Numbered from the stretch's first letter, positions 48,869-59,939 are shown. The stretch is 64,000 nt of DNA from an uncultured delta proteobacterium (GCA_963810935.1 CAWEPK010000008.1:576001-640000), one strand, 5' to 3'. Notes: generated by a model from the sequence alone, not told the origin. Made by a program: numbers and translations.

Positions 48869-50911
48869 GTGAAGCGCGAAACATTAAGGCTGTCCAGGAC
48901 AAGGAACATCGGCATCGCGGCCCATATCGACGCGGGCAAGACTACGGTGACCGAGCGAATGCTCTACTATACGGGCAAGACCTACAAGATGGGGGAGGTG
49001 CACGAAGGCACCGCAACAATGGACTACCTGCCGCAGGAGCAGGAGCGGGGCATCACCATCACCTCGGCGGTCACTACCTGCTACTGGAACGACCACGAAA
49101 TCCAGATCATCGACACACCCGGTCACGTCGATTTCACGATAGAGGTCGAACGCTCGCTACGCGTTCTCGACGGCATGGTTGAAGTCTTCTCCGCAGTCGA
49201 AGGCGTGGAGCCCCAGTCGGAGACGGTATGGCACCAGGCCGACAAATACGGCGTGCCGAGGATGGCCTTCATAAACAAGCTGGACAGGCTCGGGGCCGAT
49301 TTCTTCCAGGTCCTCGATATGATGGTCGAGAAGCTGGGGACGAACCCCCTGCCCCTACAGATACCGCTCGGCAGGGAAGACGGCTTTTACGGCATAGTGG
49401 ACCTCGTCACGATGAAGGCGACGGTATGGGACGAGGAAAGTCTCGGCGCGAGCTACAGGTCCGTCTCCATACCGAAGGAGGCGGCGGTTGTTGCAGCCGA
49501 GTACAGGGAAAAACTTTTCGAGAAGCTCTCGATGCTCGATGACCGCATCATGGAGCGCTACCTCGAAGGAAAAGAGATCGATGAAGCTTTAATACATGAC
49601 GTAATACGAAAGGGGACGCTCGACCTCGCCTGCGTGCCAGTAGTTTGCGGCTCGGCCCTTCGTAACAAGGGCATCCAGCCCCTTCTGGACGCCATCGTCA
49701 ATTACCTCCCCTCGCCCCTCGAAGTCCGCCCGGTAGAGGGCATAAACCCTACGACCAACGAGATGGAAACGCGGGAGCCGCGCATCGAAGAAGACCTGTG
49801 TGCCCTGGCCTTCAAGGTCCTCATGGAAGAGGGGCGGAAGCTCGTCTATATCAGGGTCTATTCCGGCAAGCTCACAGTGGGCGAGGAAATCTACAACGTA
49901 AACATCGACAAAAAAGAGAAGGTGTCGCGGATATATAAAATCCACGCCAACCACAAGGACCGGGTCGAGGAGGCGCCCGTCGGCGCGATTGTGGGCGTAG
50001 TGGGCCTGAAGGAGACGTCGACGGGCCATACGCTCGTCCGTTCCAGGCCGATCGTCCTCGAGCCCATCGGCATGTACCAGCCCGTCATCTCGGTAGCAGT
50101 CGAGCCGAGACGCAATGCCGACCAGGAGAAGCTGCTCCAGGTGCTGGGCAGAATAGCCGAGGAAGATCCGACGTTCCAGGTGCAGACGGACGAGGCTTCT
50201 TACCAGACCATAGTCTCTGGTATGGGGGAGCTGCACCTCGACGTCATAGTCCGCAGGATGAAGGATGAGTTCGGCATAGACCTGCTTGTGGGCAGGCCGC
50301 AGGTCGTCTACAAGGAGGCGGTCGAGCGCCAGGCAAGCGTTGAGCAGACCTTCGAGAAGGCGATAAGCGGCACCGTGTACAAGGGCTCGGCCAGCCTGAC
50401 GCTTATGCCCACAAAGAGGGGCGCCGGCGTGTCGATTATTTCGCGCATACCGGAAGACGCGGTCGAGTTCCCGTATGTCTCCGCCCTGGAAGAAGGCGTG
50501 AGCGAGGCCTCCCAGATAGGCCCGATCAAGGGCTTCCCTCTGACGGACATCAAAGTCGAAATCCTGAAGGCGAGCTTCAACAACCCGGAGTTCGCGCGTC
50601 TCACGCTCAAAATGGCCGCCTTCGAAGCCTTCAAGAAAGCATGCCAGGAAGCAGGGCCGCTGCTCCTCGTCCCCATTATGTCGCTGACGGTTACGACGCC
50701 GAACGAGTTCCTGGGCGAGATCATTGCGGACCTACACATGAGGAAGTGCCAGATAGTAAATATATCTGCGAAAGACAAAACCACAGTGGTGCTGGCCAAT
50801 GCGCCCCTTACCAAGATGTTCGGCTATTCGACGGATATCCGGTCCCTGTCGCAGGGCCGCGCCTCCTTCACGATGTATTTCTCGCACTATGACAGGATCG
50901 AGAATGAATAG
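48869..50911 (+). CDS. fusA: elongation factor G paralogue (outside the str operon)
   Basis: [34 protein letters not shown]; divergent domain IV. Confidence 0.92.
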   Translation: MKRETLRLSRTRNIGIAAHIDAGKTTVTERMLYYTGKTYKMGEVHEGTATMDYLPQEQERGITITSAVTTCYWNDHEIQIIDTPGHVDFTIEVERSLRVLDGMVEVFSAVEGVEPQSETVWHQADKYGVPRMAFINKLDRLGADFFQVLDMMVEKLGTNPLPLQIPLGREDGFYGIVDLVTMKATVWDEESLGASYRSVSIPKEAAVVAAEYREKLFEKLSMLDDRIMERYLEGKEIDEALIHDVIRKGTLDLACVPVVCGSALRNKGIQPLLDAIVNYLPSPLEVRPVEGINPTTNEMETREPRIEEDLCALAFKVLMEEGRKLVYIRVYSGKLTVGEEIYNVNIDKKEKVSRIYKIHANHKDRVEEAPVGAIVGVVGLKETSTGHTLVRSRPIVLEPIGMYQPVISVAVEPRRNADQEKLLQVLGRIAEEDPTFQVQTDEASYQTIVSGMGELHLDVIVRRMKDEFGIDLLVGRPQVVYKEAVERQASVEQTFEKAISGTVYKGSASLTLMPTKRGAGVSIISRIPEDAVEFPYVSALEEGVSEASQIGPIKGFPLTDIKVEILKASFNNPEFARLTLKMAAFEAFKKACQEAGPLLLVPIMSLTVTTPNEFLGEIIADLHMRKCQIVNISAKDKTTVVLANAPLTKMFGYSTDIRSLSQGRASFTMYFSHYDRIENE

Positions 50912-51698
50912 CGAAGGGGGCCCGCTTTACCCTTCGGAAATAGAGCGCCGCCTGTCTACGAGGATGGTAGGGAGGAATATCGTCCACAGGGACTCGGTGG
51001 CCTCGACAAACGCGCTGGCCTTCGATCTGGCAGCGGCAGGCTGCGCCGAAGGCACATGCGTGATCGCCGAGACGCAGAGCGGCGGGAGGGGCAGGCTGCA
51101 ACGGAAATGGCACTCCCCTTACGGCAAGAACATCTACCTGTCATGCGTCCTGCGGCCTCGCCTGCTCACGACGGAAGTCTCGCCGCTGGCCTTCATATCC
51201 TGCCTCGCCGTTTACGACACTGTGAGATCGGCAGGGGTCGAGCCGAAGCTCAAATGGCCGAACGACGTGCTTACCCTGGACGGGAAGAAGATCTCGGGCA
51301 CCCTGATCGAGCTTTCAGGCAAAGGCCGCACAGTCGAGTTCGTCGTCGTCGGCATCGGCCTCAACGTCAACATGGCGCGCGAAGAGATGGACGAGGAGAT
51401 TGCGAATAAGGCTACCTCCCTTTTCATCGAAACGAAAAAATACTTTGAAAGGGCGGTCGTTTGTGGCATGCTATTGGACGATCTCGAAAGGTATTACGAG
51501 ATCGCGTCGAGCGCAGGGCTGGGCGAGATTTGCCGCCTGTGGGAAGAACGAGCAAAGGTGCGCGGCACCTACATGGAAATCATTCAGACGGACAGAGTGC
51601 ACCGTGGCGTATCGGAAGGGCTGGCAGCGGACGGCGCGCTCCTGCTCTCCGAAAACGGGACGATAACGAGGGTCATTGCAGGCGATGTCGCAATCTAA
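50904..51698 (+). CDS. birA: biotin--protein ligase, no N-terminal HTH
   Basis: [24 protein letters not shown]-terminal AGDV. Confidence 0.93.
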   Translation: MNSEGGPLYPSEIERRLSTRMVGRNIVHRDSVASTNALAFDLAAAGCAEGTCVIAETQSGGRGRLQRKWHSPYGKNIYLSCVLRPRLLTTEVSPLAFISCLAVYDTVRSAGVEPKLKWPNDVLTLDGKKISGTLIELSGKGRTVEFVVVGIGLNVNMAREEMDEEIANKATSLFIETKKYFERAVVCGMLLDDLERYYEIASSAGLGEICRLWEERAKVRGTYMEIIQTDRVHRGVSEGLAADGALLLSENGTITRVIAGDVAI

Positions 51699-52548
51699 TC
51701 CGATAGTGAAAAGAAAGGCTGGAGCGGGTGGACCGGAAGTCGCGCAAGCGTCGGGTGAAGCCCCCCTTCTCGTAATCGATATAGGCAACACGAACGTCGT
51801 CTTCGGCGTCTATAAGGGCGACGTGCTCGTAAACCACTGGCGGCTGAACACGATGCTCGGCAGGACGGTGGACGAGTACGCGATACTCTTCGAAAGCCTG
51901 CTCGATTTCGAAGACCTGAAGCTGTCCGACATGGCGAGCGCCATTATATCGTGCGTGGTCCCTCCCCTTCTGTTCCCCTTCGAGAATATGTGCTGCAAAT
52001 ACGTGGGCATCGAGCCGATTATCGTGGAGCCGGGCATAAAGACGGGTATGCCCATTCTTTACGAGAACCCGCAGGAGGTCGGGGCCGACCGCATAGTCAA
52101 CGCAGTCGCGGGCTATGAGAAGTACAGAAAGGCGCTGATCATAGTCGATTTCGGAACGGCGACGACCTTCGACTACGTGACTCCCAAGGGGGAATACGTG
52201 GGCGGCGTTATCTGCCCCGGCATGATGATCTCCCTCGAAGCCCTCTTTTCGAGCGCGTCGAAGCTTCCGAGGATAGAACTGGTGAAGCCGAAGGACATCA
52301 TTGGAAAAAACACGATAACGGCCATGCAGGCGGGTATCGTCTACGGATATATCAGCCTCGTGGATGGGATCGTCGAGAGGATGAAGCAGGCGGTCGCCAC
52401 GGACCCGCGTGTTATCGCCACCGGCGGGCTCGCCAACCTGATTTACAAAGAATCCCAGTCCCTGGACGAAGTCGACGAAATGCTTACCTTGCGCGGGCTG
52501 AAGATACTCTACGAAAAGAATAAGGATTACCACAAGTTCAAGGCATAA
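51685..52548 (+). CDS. coaX: type III pantothenate kinase
   Basis: [24 protein letters not shown]. Confidence 0.95.
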   Translation: MSQSNPIVKRKAGAGGPEVAQASGEAPLLVIDIGNTNVVFGVYKGDVLVNHWRLNTMLGRTVDEYAILFESLLDFEDLKLSDMASAIISCVVPPLLFPFENMCCKYVGIEPIIVEPGIKTGMPILYENPQEVGADRIVNAVAGYEKYRKALIIVDFGTATTFDYVTPKGEYVGGVICPGMMISLEALFSSASKLPRIELVKPKDIIGKNTITAMQAGIVYGYISLVDGIVERMKQAVATDPRVIATGGLANLIYKESQSLDEVDEMLTLRGLKILYEKNKDYHKFKA

Positions 52549-52620
52549 TCGGTAACTACCCTTAATCCGTTCGCTTCCTTCCCCTTTAAGTTCAACGCAG
52601 TTTCATACGAAAACAATGGT

Positions 52621-53274
52621 ATGACACCGATTACGGCAGGATGCAGGCTTACACTTTTTGTGGAAAAAGGTCGTACGGGCGAAGAGTTCGTCTCGCTCGA
52701 TTCGATTTTATACGAGGTTGACGGGCAAACGCTTGTGCTCGCCCAGACGTCTCCGCCTGTCGACGCCCAGACGTGCGACGGCAGGATAACCCTGACTTAC
52801 GTTGTCCAGAAAGGGGAAAAAGTCGAGCGGCTCGGTTTCCCCGTAAGCTTCACCCGGCTCATCGACGAATATGAGACGAGCCCCGGCGTTCTGGCGCCTG
52901 CTTTCGCGGTTACCCGCGAGGGAGAGCCGACCGCGTTCAGCGCCAGGAGGTTCCTGCGGGTCGAGCCGACCGGCCAGAACCGCCTGGACCTTTACGTGAG
53001 CGGGATGAAGGTGGAGATAGCCGATATATCCCTGGGCGGCGTAAGATTCAGCTACGACGTTGCACTACCCCTTGCGCCGGAACTGCCCGTAACCCTGAGG
53101 TTCGACCTGGCAGGCGTCGATTATTCCGTGTCCGGCCGCATCCTGCGGATCACGTACAACAAAGGCAGGTTCCGCACGGCGGTGGCGAGCTTCGCCAACG
53201 TTACGGGCCGCTTCGAGCAGGCTCTTGTGCGCATACTGCACGTAATACAGAGGGCCCTCCTCCAGAGAGATTAG
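52621..53274 (+). CDS. PilZ domain (c-di-GMP-binding) protein
   Basis: RRFLR (RxxxR) and DISLGG (DxSxxG) motifs. Confidence 0.8.
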   Translation: MTPITAGCRLTLFVEKGRTGEEFVSLDSILYEVDGQTLVLAQTSPPVDAQTCDGRITLTYVVQKGEKVERLGFPVSFTRLIDEYETSPGVLAPAFAVTREGEPTAFSARRFLRVEPTGQNRLDLYVSGMKVEIADISLGGVRFSYDVALPLAPELPVTLRFDLAGVDYSVSGRILRITYNKGRFRTAVASFANVTGRFEQALVRILHVIQRALLQRD

Positions 53275-53464
53275 CACCAACCCGCAAGCAAGGCCAAAGC
53301 TTGTTTTCCTTCCGCAATCGCCGTATATTAAGCACTGCTCGTAATGACCCTGCCGATTCATCAGGGTCATTAAAGCGAGCGTATGCGAAGCGCCGGGCGG
53401 GGGACTCCACTATCTTTGCCGGTGGAGTGGGTGCCGGAACCCAATAACTGTTAATGGAGGAACC

Positions 53465-53926
53465 ATGGACGAAAACAATGGCGATGCGCCCCTCAAGTCG
53501 AGTCTCATCGGCGAGATAAGCAGGCCCGCCACGCAATCGGCCGTCCCGGAGATCGTGGAGTTCGTCACGACTATCGAGAAGCAGGAAGGCTTCAGCAATG
53601 AGAGAACGGAGGAGATCGCCAAAGCAATCAGGGAAGCCCTCAACGTAGTCATAACAAAGGCATACGGGGAAAAAGGGGGCGAGGTAAAGATCGCGTGCAA
53701 GCATGACGCGTGGGGAAAGCTCGTCATTATCATCATCGATAAAGGGGCCCCTGTCAACATCCTGCTTTCGGAGCCTGTATTCCCGGGTGAGGAGCCGCTC
53801 GGCGACCCGACCCTGCGCACATCCGCGCGGGTAATCAAGAAGATGATCGATAACGTCGAATACAAGAGAGTGGACAACGAGAACACGCTGAGCTTTTTTG
53901 TCTCGGGCGACCTGCGCTCACGCTAA
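53465..53926 (+). CDS. RsbW-like anti-sigma/HATPase_c protein
   Basis: EALNVVITKAY, IIDKG, IKKMIDNVEYKR; glycine-rich G2 box looks degenerate. Confidence 0.7.
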   Translation: MDENNGDAPLKSSLIGEISRPATQSAVPEIVEFVTTIEKQEGFSNERTEEIAKAIREALNVVITKAYGEKGGEVKIACKHDAWGKLVIIIIDKGAPVNILLSEPVFPGEEPLGDPTLRTSARVIKKMIDNVEYKRVDNENTLSFFVSGDLRSR

Positions 53927-53956
53927 AGAAGCGGACCTTCAAGTGCGGGGGGAGGG

Positions 53957-54754
53957 ATGAAGAGGTTTTACCTGGCAGTACAGTTCCTCACTGTCATCCC
54001 GGTGTCGGTCCGGGGGACAGTCACAGAATTAGACGTAGCCCGCTCTGCGGCCTTCTTTCCGGCAGCGGGGGCTATACAGGGCCTTATCGCCGCTGCCGCC
54101 GCCCTGATCCTCGCGCGCTTCTTTCCGCCTGCCGTAACAAGCGGACTCGTCTTGCTGGTGCTGGTCCTGGTAAACGGGGCCTTCCACCTCGACGCCCTGG
54201 CCGACACCTTCGACGCCCTGGCTGTCAAATCGACCGGCGACCCGGCGGCGGACCGGGCCAGGCGCCTATCCGTTATGAAGGACAGCGCGACCGGGGCGAT
54301 AGGGGTTACCGCCATCGTTCTGGCCGTTTTGCTGAAATACCTTCTTATAAGCGCTGTTTTCGACAGATGCACAACGGTCGATGCCGCCTGTCTTATCTTC
54401 CTTATGACCGTTTTTTCCAAGTGGGTTTTCGTGCCCGTCTTGTTTCACGGTAAATCCGCCAGGCCGGAAGGGCTGGGCAGGATTTTCACGGAAGGGCTGG
54501 ACGGTGGGTCATATGTGCTGTCATGGCTCCTGCTCGCGGCCCTCGTTCTCGCAGCCGCTATCTTCTGGCCCGCTTCTTCGCCGGGTGCGCGCCTGCGCTT
54601 CATCCCTCTGGCCTGCATCTGCGTGTACGCCTTCAGTATTCTTTGGGTCTTTTTCTGCGACAGGAAGTTCGGGGGCCTGACGGGGGATACTGCGGGCGCC
54701 TCGTCGGAAATCGCGGACCTGCTGTTTCTCACAGTCGCCCTGCTATGGTTCTAA
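53957..54754 (+). CDS. cobS: adenosylcobinamide-GDP ribazoletransferase
   Basis: QFLTVIP, GAFHLDALADTFD, MKDS, GGLTGD. Confidence 0.93.
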   Translation: MKRFYLAVQFLTVIPVSVRGTVTELDVARSAAFFPAAGAIQGLIAAAAALILARFFPPAVTSGLVLLVLVLVNGAFHLDALADTFDALAVKSTGDPAADRARRLSVMKDSATGAIGVTAIVLAVLLKYLLISAVFDRCTTVDAACLIFLMTVFSKWVFVPVLFHGKSARPEGLGRIFTEGLDGGSYVLSWLLLAALVLAAAIFWPASSPGARLRFIPLACICVYAFSILWVFFCDRKFGGLTGDTAGASSEIADLLFLTVALLWF

Positions 54755-54773
54755 ACCGGGAGATGCCCTTACG

Positions 54774-55385
54774 ATGACGAAACTCTTTCTGATACGGCAC
54801 GGGAACACGATCGACGAGGAGACGAAGCCGGTCTACAAGGGCCGGATCGACATACCCCTGTCCGAGGCAGGCATCAGCCGGATGCATGGAGCGGCAGCGT
54901 TCCTCTCTGCTTTCAAGCTCGACAGGGTTTATACCTCCACTTTGTCCCGGAGCATAGAGAGCGGGCGGATCATCGCGAAAAAACAGGGACTCGATTTCGA
55001 GCCGTCACCCGCATTCGACGAGCTGGCCTTCGGCGTCTGGGAGGGTCTTAGCTTCAGCGAGATCAAGGAACGTTACCCCGAGGAGCTGCGGCTGTGGCTC
55101 GCCGACCCCGGGAATAATCCCCCGCCCCAGGGGGAGCGGTTCCAGGCCGCCCGCGCAAGAAGCATAGGGCGGCTCAAAAAGATCATAGCAGAGCACAAGG
55201 GCGAAAACATCGGGATCGTCGCCCACGGCGGGGTCCTTCGGATCATGATCTTTTCGCTGCTCGATATGCGGCTGCGCAGGCTCTTCAGGCTGGCACAGGG
55301 CTATGGGGCCATCAATATAATCAACGTCTTTCACGATGGGTACATCGCAGCCGACCTGCTGAACTTCACGTACTATCCTGTTTGA
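54774..55385 (+). CDS. cobC: histidine phosphatase, probable alpha-ribazole phosphatase
   Basis: LIRHG, FGVWEG, VAHGG; directly after cobS. Confidence 0.8.
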   Translation: MTKLFLIRHGNTIDEETKPVYKGRIDIPLSEAGISRMHGAAAFLSAFKLDRVYTSTLSRSIESGRIIAKKQGLDFEPSPAFDELAFGVWEGLSFSEIKERYPEELRLWLADPGNNPPPQGERFQAARARSIGRLKKIIAEHKGENIGIVAHGGVLRIMIFSLLDMRLRRLFRLAQGYGAINIINVFHDGYIAADLLNFTYYPV

Positions 55386-55427
55386 TATGTAGGCGGCGAT
55401 ACCTTTTCGCGGGCCTTGGGAACTCTC

Positions 55428-55685
55428 TCAGCGATAGACGTCCTTTCTGTGTCCGACCTTAACCACCCATACTATAAGCTCCCTGTCTTGAATCGAATAC
55501 ACGATCCTGTACAGGCCCTGTCGGACGCGATATCTGTCCTGGCCCGTTAGCTTTTCATGGCTAGCGGGTCTCGGGTCTCTGGCAAGCATCTCTATTCGCT
55601 GGAGAAGCCTGCGTAGGTCCTTCTTAGGTATTGTCTTGAAGTCTTTTTCGACGGATTCTTTGAAATAGACCTTATATTCGGCCAT
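55428..55685 (-). CDS. type II toxin, RelE/ParE family
   Basis: YRVRQGLYRIVYSI...VKVGHRKDVYR. Confidence 0.92.
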   Translation of the reverse strand: MAEYKVYFKESVEKDFKTIPKKDLRRLLQRIEMLARDPRPASHEKLTGQDRYRVRQGLYRIVYSIQDRELIVWVVKVGHRKDVYR

Positions 55686-55905
55686 CTTTCTTCAGTCGCT
55701 TTACCATTTCGTCATAACTGATCGATGGCTCCCTTACTCGTTCTTCGAATGCGGCGAAATCTTCAGCATCCTCCGCAAGTGCAATCCTCACCGCTTTGTT
55801 TACAAGCTCCGAGACCGATTGAGAGGTATCGACCGCCTTTAGCCGAAGCGCCTTGTGCAAATCAGGCTCCAGGTAAATCGTAGCGCGTTTGGTTGCCGGT
55901 TTCAT
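55672..55905 (-). CDS. type II antitoxin, CopG/RHH family
   Basis: KRATIYLEPDLHKALRLKA..SVSELVN; overlaps the toxin start; RBS GGAGG. Confidence 0.88.
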   Translation of the reverse strand: MKPATKRATIYLEPDLHKALRLKAVDTSQSVSELVNKAVRIALAEDAEDFAAFEERVREPSISYDEMVKRLKKDGRI

Positions 55906-55926
55906 AATGCACCTCCGTGACAAGTA

Positions 55927-55955
55927 ACTATAACACTAAGACGTTATGACGTCAA
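55927..55955 (-). promoter_or_regulatory. TA operon promoter with overlapping palindromic operator
   Basis: Minus strand TTGACG, 17 nt spacer, TATAGT; GACGT-TATG-ACGTC inverted repeat over the -35 and spacer. Confidence 0.65.
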
Positions 55956-56046
55956 GTAGACACCGTCCCCGGCCACAGAGATGCTCGCTTCGCTGTGGTT
56001 TTATGGTAAGCTAAGGCACCAAACGTCGTGGTTAAGGATGTAAGTA

Positions 56047-56922
56047 ATGGTTTTTAAAACAAGAAACAAAACGGGGCGGGCTGTCAGGGTCGTTGCGGAG
56101 GGCAATAACAGCCGAGATAACGGCACGCCGCACTGGGCCGTGGGCCAAGGGGACGAGTCGTTCCGCATCGTTACCTACAACGTTCATAAATGCCGGGGAC
56201 TCGACGGCCGTGTCCGGCCGCAGCGCATCGCGGAGGTGCTGAGTGAGGTGGACGCGGACATCATCGCCCTCCAGGAAGTCGTAAACATCGCGAATGGCAA
56301 AAAGGAAGACCACCAGGCCGAGTTCATCGCGGGCGAGATGAAGATGCAATACTGCTTCGGGGAAAACCGGCGGTTCCGCGGCGGCGGATACGGCAACCTG
56401 CTGCTCTCCCGCCTGCCTCTCATATCCAGGCGCAATTTCGATCTGAGCCATCCGGGGCGCGAGGAGCGGGGCTGCCTGCGCACGGACGTCGTCCTCGACG
56501 GCTCCCTCCTACACGTCTATAACGTGCACCTCGGAACGTCGTACATGGAGCGCCGCCGCCAGGGGAAACAACTTGTCGAATCGGAGATACTGGCCGGCAC
56601 GGACGTCGAGGGTCCGCGCATTCTGCTTGGCGATTTCAACGAATGGCTGCGGGGCATCACTACGCGGCTTTTGACCGAGCAGTTTGCCTGCGTAGACATC
56701 AAGGCCGACCTGGGCCTTCGCGCCACCTACCCCGGCCCGCTGCCCCTGGTCCACCTCGATAATATCTATTTCGACGATACGCTGCGGCTGGAGGGGGCGA
56801 GGCTGCACAGGAGCCGCAAGGCCCTCATCGCCTCGGACCACCTGCCGCTCATTGCAGATTTCCGCATCGCACGGGCCGAAAGCCGCGCGAAAGACGACTC
56901 AGCCGCAAACAGAGCAGGATAA
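56047..56922 (+). CDS. endonuclease/exonuclease/phosphatase (EEP) family protein
   Basis: TYNVH, ALQEV, GDFNEW, LDNIY, ASDHLP. Confidence 0.9.
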   Translation: MVFKTRNKTGRAVRVVAEGNNSRDNGTPHWAVGQGDESFRIVTYNVHKCRGLDGRVRPQRIAEVLSEVDADIIALQEVVNIANGKKEDHQAEFIAGEMKMQYCFGENRRFRGGGYGNLLLSRLPLISRRNFDLSHPGREERGCLRTDVVLDGSLLHVYNVHLGTSYMERRRQGKQLVESEILAGTDVEGPRILLGDFNEWLRGITTRLLTEQFACVDIKADLGLRATYPGPLPLVHLDNIYFDDTLRLEGARLHRSRKALIASDHLPLIADFRIARAESRAKDDSAANRAG

Positions 56923-57032
56923 AGCAAGCGCATGCGCAACGCTTAAGCAGGGAGGCCGGGACACCCGCCCGACGTAAGGAGGGAAGGGTCGAGCTTTGCC
57001 CGGCGAGGTGGTGCTGAACCCCAATGATTTGC

Positions 57033-58223
57033 TCAATCGAGTGAGTTTACCGCTTTCCTGATCCTTTCCAGGCCCTTCTTTATGACTTCCATCGACGTGG
57101 CGAAGGAGAGGCGCGCATGCCCTTCCTTGCCGAACTCGTCGCCCGGCACCACCGCAACGTGAAAGTCTTCGAGGAGTATCTCAGTCCACTGGGCTATGCT
57201 CGCCAGTTTCCTTCCTTTGTACGCCTTGCCAACAAGCCCCTTGAAAGACGGGAATACGTAGAAGGCGCCTTTCGGATTGAAGCAGGTGACCCCATCCATC
57301 TCATTCAGGCCTGAGACGAAGGTATCCCTTCTCCTGGCAAATTCCGCGACCATAGGGCCTATCGAATCCTGCGGCCCGGTAAGCGCGGCCAGCGCCGCCT
57401 TCTGCGAGATCGAGGCGGGGTTGGACGTGCTCTGGCTCTGGATGTTGGCCATTGCCTTGATGACCTCCTGGTCGCCTGCGGCAAAACCGATACGCCAGCC
57501 TGTCATGGCGTATGTCTTGGAAACGCCGTGGACGATGATCGTCTTCTCCTTGATCGGCCGGCCTAACGAGGCGATGCTCGTCTGCTTGTAGCCGTCGTAC
57601 ACGAGCTTATCGTATATCTCGTCCGAGACGATGTACAGGTCGCGCTCGACCGCCAGCTTGCCTATAGCCTCAAGCTCTTTCGGGTAGTAAACCGCACCGG
57701 ACGGGTTTGACGGGTAATTGAGGACGATGCCTTTTGTCCTGTCCGTAAGGCATGCCTTCACCATCTCGGCAGTGATTTGATAGCCTTCTTCCTCGTGCGT
57801 CTCGACGTAGACGGGCTTCGCCCCGGCCAGCTCGATCATGGCGGGGTAGGAGACCCAGTAAGGCGTCGGCACGATCACCTCGTCCCCTGTCTGGAAAACG
57901 GCTTGAAACAGGTTATAGAGGGCGTGCTTGCCGCCGCACGTGACGATGATCTCATCCCGCTTGTACTCGATGTCCTTGTCCTGCTTGAACTTGGCTATAA
58001 CCGCGTCCTTCAGCTCGTCTATGCCGGATGCGGCGGTGTACTTGGTGAAGCCGTCCATGATGGCGTCTATGGCGGCTTTTTTGATATGGTTCGGCGTGTC
58101 GAAATCGGGCTCGCCGGCGGCAAAGCCTACGATATCGAGACCTTGCGCCCGTAACGCCTTCTCTTTTGCGGCAAGGGCCAGCGTTGCAGACGGTTTTAAA
58201 GACTTCGCTCTATCAGAAATCAT
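57033..58223 (-). CDS. aspC: class I/II PLP aminotransferase (aspartate aminotransferase)
   Basis: GEPDFDTP, PSNPSG, SDEIY, SKTYAMTGWRIG. Confidence 0.9.
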   Translation of the reverse strand: MISDRAKSLKPSATLALAAKEKALRAQGLDIVGFAAGEPDFDTPNHIKKAAIDAIMDGFTKYTAASGIDELKDAVIAKFKQDKDIEYKRDEIIVTCGGKHALYNLFQAVFQTGDEVIVPTPYWVSYPAMIELAGAKPVYVETHEEEGYQITAEMVKACLTDRTKGIVLNYPSNPSGAVYYPKELEAIGKLAVERDLYIVSDEIYDKLVYDGYKQTSIASLGRPIKEKTIIVHGVSKTYAMTGWRIGFAAGDQEVIKAMANIQSQSTSNPASISQKAALAALTGPQDSIGPMVAEFARRRDTFVSGLNEMDGVTCFNPKGAFYVFPSFKGLVGKAYKGRKLASIAQWTEILLEDFHVAVVPGDEFGKEGHARLSFATSMEVIKKGLERIRKAVNSLD

Positions 58224-58339
58224 CGCAGCTCCTCAATCTTTAGGGGGAATGAAGCTATGTCGCCATTAATTTATAGGGAGAGCGGCCCGCTGTCAACCCT
58301 TTCCGTGGGCAAATGGATGGCAAACGGCCGGCGGAAAAG

Positions 58340-59710
58340 CTATGCGAGGTGCTCTGCCGTCACCTCGAGCACCCTTTTAGTGCCCGCCGTCACCTTATAG
58401 GCTTCGCTTATGCGCTCGCCGACCACCCAGATGATATCTGCGCCCGAAAAAAGGAGCGGGATGCGCTTGCGCGCGTCCATGGGCATCTTGCGGGATATGA
58501 AATAATCCTTCACCTTTACCGGGCGGTCCATCCCGAGCGGCATAAACCGGTCGCCGTTGCGGAATGTCCGCAGCGAGAGGCTGCCTATCGCCTCCGCGTC
58601 CAAAAGGGCCCGGTCCGTGTTTTGCGGCAGGGCTTCGGGCCTTCCGTCCGAGAAAGAGACGCGCAAGCTTAGGCCGAGCGCCGGTATATCGTTCACGCCT
58701 TCCGCAATTTCGAAGACATCGTCCACCGGCGGCACAGGCGCTTTCTTCGTAAAAATGATGTCGCCGTAAATCCTCCTCACGCGCACGCCCCTTGGCAGCA
58801 ACACGCTGTTGTTCGGCCTCGCCGAGAAGAGCGATTTCTCTATCAGCGCGGCATGTTCGCGCAGGGGCTTAAAACCCGGTTCCACGCTCGCCAGCAGGGT
58901 CGAGACGACCCTGAACCTGACCTCTTCGTGGGCTCCCAGGAGGTCCGCCGCCTCTATCCGCGGCTCTTCACCGAGGCGCGCGCTGGATAGGAGCGCTTTC
59001 GCCTCGCTGTCGAAGAGTCTGTTGGCTGAGGCAATATCATCGAGAAGGAGAAGCACCTTCTCCTGAAACCTGGGGTTGAGCGTCTCCAGGAGGGGGACAA
59101 TCCGGTTCCGCACGAAGTTCCGCTCGTATGCGTCCTTCCGGTTCGATGGGTCTTCCCTGTAGGGGATGGAGTACTCGTGGCAGTAGGCCGCGATCTCGCG
59201 GCGGGAGGTGTAAAGTAGCGGCCTTACGATCCGCCCCCGCCTGATCGGGATCGAAGCGAGGCCGGAAAGGCCCGTGCCTTTCGCTATCCGCAGCAGGAAC
59301 GTCTCCACCTGGTCGTCGCTGTTGTGGCCGACCGCGATCTTGTTACAGCCGTTCGCCCCGGCCGTCTCATCGAAGTACCCGTACCGCAGGTCCCTGCCCG
59401 CGTGCTGCAGAGAGAGGCCCTTGCTCCGGGCATGCCCCCTCACGTCTAGGCGGGCGGTGTGGCACGGCAGACCCATGCGCGCCGCGAGGTCTTTCACGAA
59501 CGCCTCGTCGGCTGCCGATTCCTCGCCGCGCAATTGATGGTTCACATGGGCAACGGCGAGCCCGAAGCCCATATCGGCTGCCAGACGCTTGAGCAGGAAG
59601 AGAAGGGCCGAGGAATCGACGCCCCCGGAGACCCCGACGAGCACCACGTCGCCGCCATCGATCAGACCTTCCTGCTCGATGACGCGCCTTACGGCCCTTT
59701 CGAGGTCCAT
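58340..59710 (-). CDS. tilS: tRNA(Ile)-lysidine synthetase
   Basis: VGVSGGVDS, HVNHQLRG, GHNSDDQVET, RPLL, DPSN; start at ATG 59710. Confidence 0.95.
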   Translation of the reverse strand: MDLERAVRRVIEQEGLIDGGDVVLVGVSGGVDSSALLFLLKRLAADMGFGLAVAHVNHQLRGEESAADEAFVKDLAARMGLPCHTARLDVRGHARSKGLSLQHAGRDLRYGYFDETAGANGCNKIAVGHNSDDQVETFLLRIAKGTGLSGLASIPIRRGRIVRPLLYTSRREIAAYCHEYSIPYREDPSNRKDAYERNFVRNRIVPLLETLNPRFQEKVLLLLDDIASANRLFDSEAKALLSSARLGEEPRIEAADLLGAHEEVRFRVVSTLLASVEPGFKPLREHAALIEKSLFSARPNNSVLLPRGVRVRRIYGDIIFTKKAPVPPVDDVFEIAEGVNDIPALGLSLRVSFSDGRPEALPQNTDRALLDAEAIGSLSLRTFRNGDRFMPLGMDRPVKVKDYFISRKMPMDARKRIPLLFSGADIIWVVGERISEAYKVTAGTKRVLEVTAEHLA

Positions 59711-59717
59711 GGATTCT

Positions 59718-59939
59718 CTACGAACAGGAAGAGCAGTCAGACGACGAGCAGCCGGAGCAGCCTGACCCTCCGCTCGACGACGATTTGAAGGCATGGCCGA
59801 CGGAGAAGCCGAATGAAGACATCTTTTTCGTGGGCTGTTTGTTACCGCATTTGGGGCATTCCACAGGCTCATCGGTCCTGAAGACGATGCATTCAAAATC
59901 GTCCCCGCAGTTCTGGCAGGTATATTCGTAAATAGGCAC
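59718..59939 (-). CDS. FmdB family zinc-ribbon protein
   Basis: (M)PIYEYTCQNCG...CPKCG and C-terminal CSGCSSSDCSSC. Confidence 0.88.
   Translation of the reverse strand: MPIYEYTCQNCGDDFECIVFRTDEPVECPKCGNKQPTKKMSSFGFSVGHAFKSSSSGGSGCSGCSSSDCSSCS

Noticed and set aside
53330..53464. Cobalamin riboswitch upstream of cobS-cobC
   Set aside because: Lacks the AGGGAA and B12-box-like elements; kept only as an unknown structured leader
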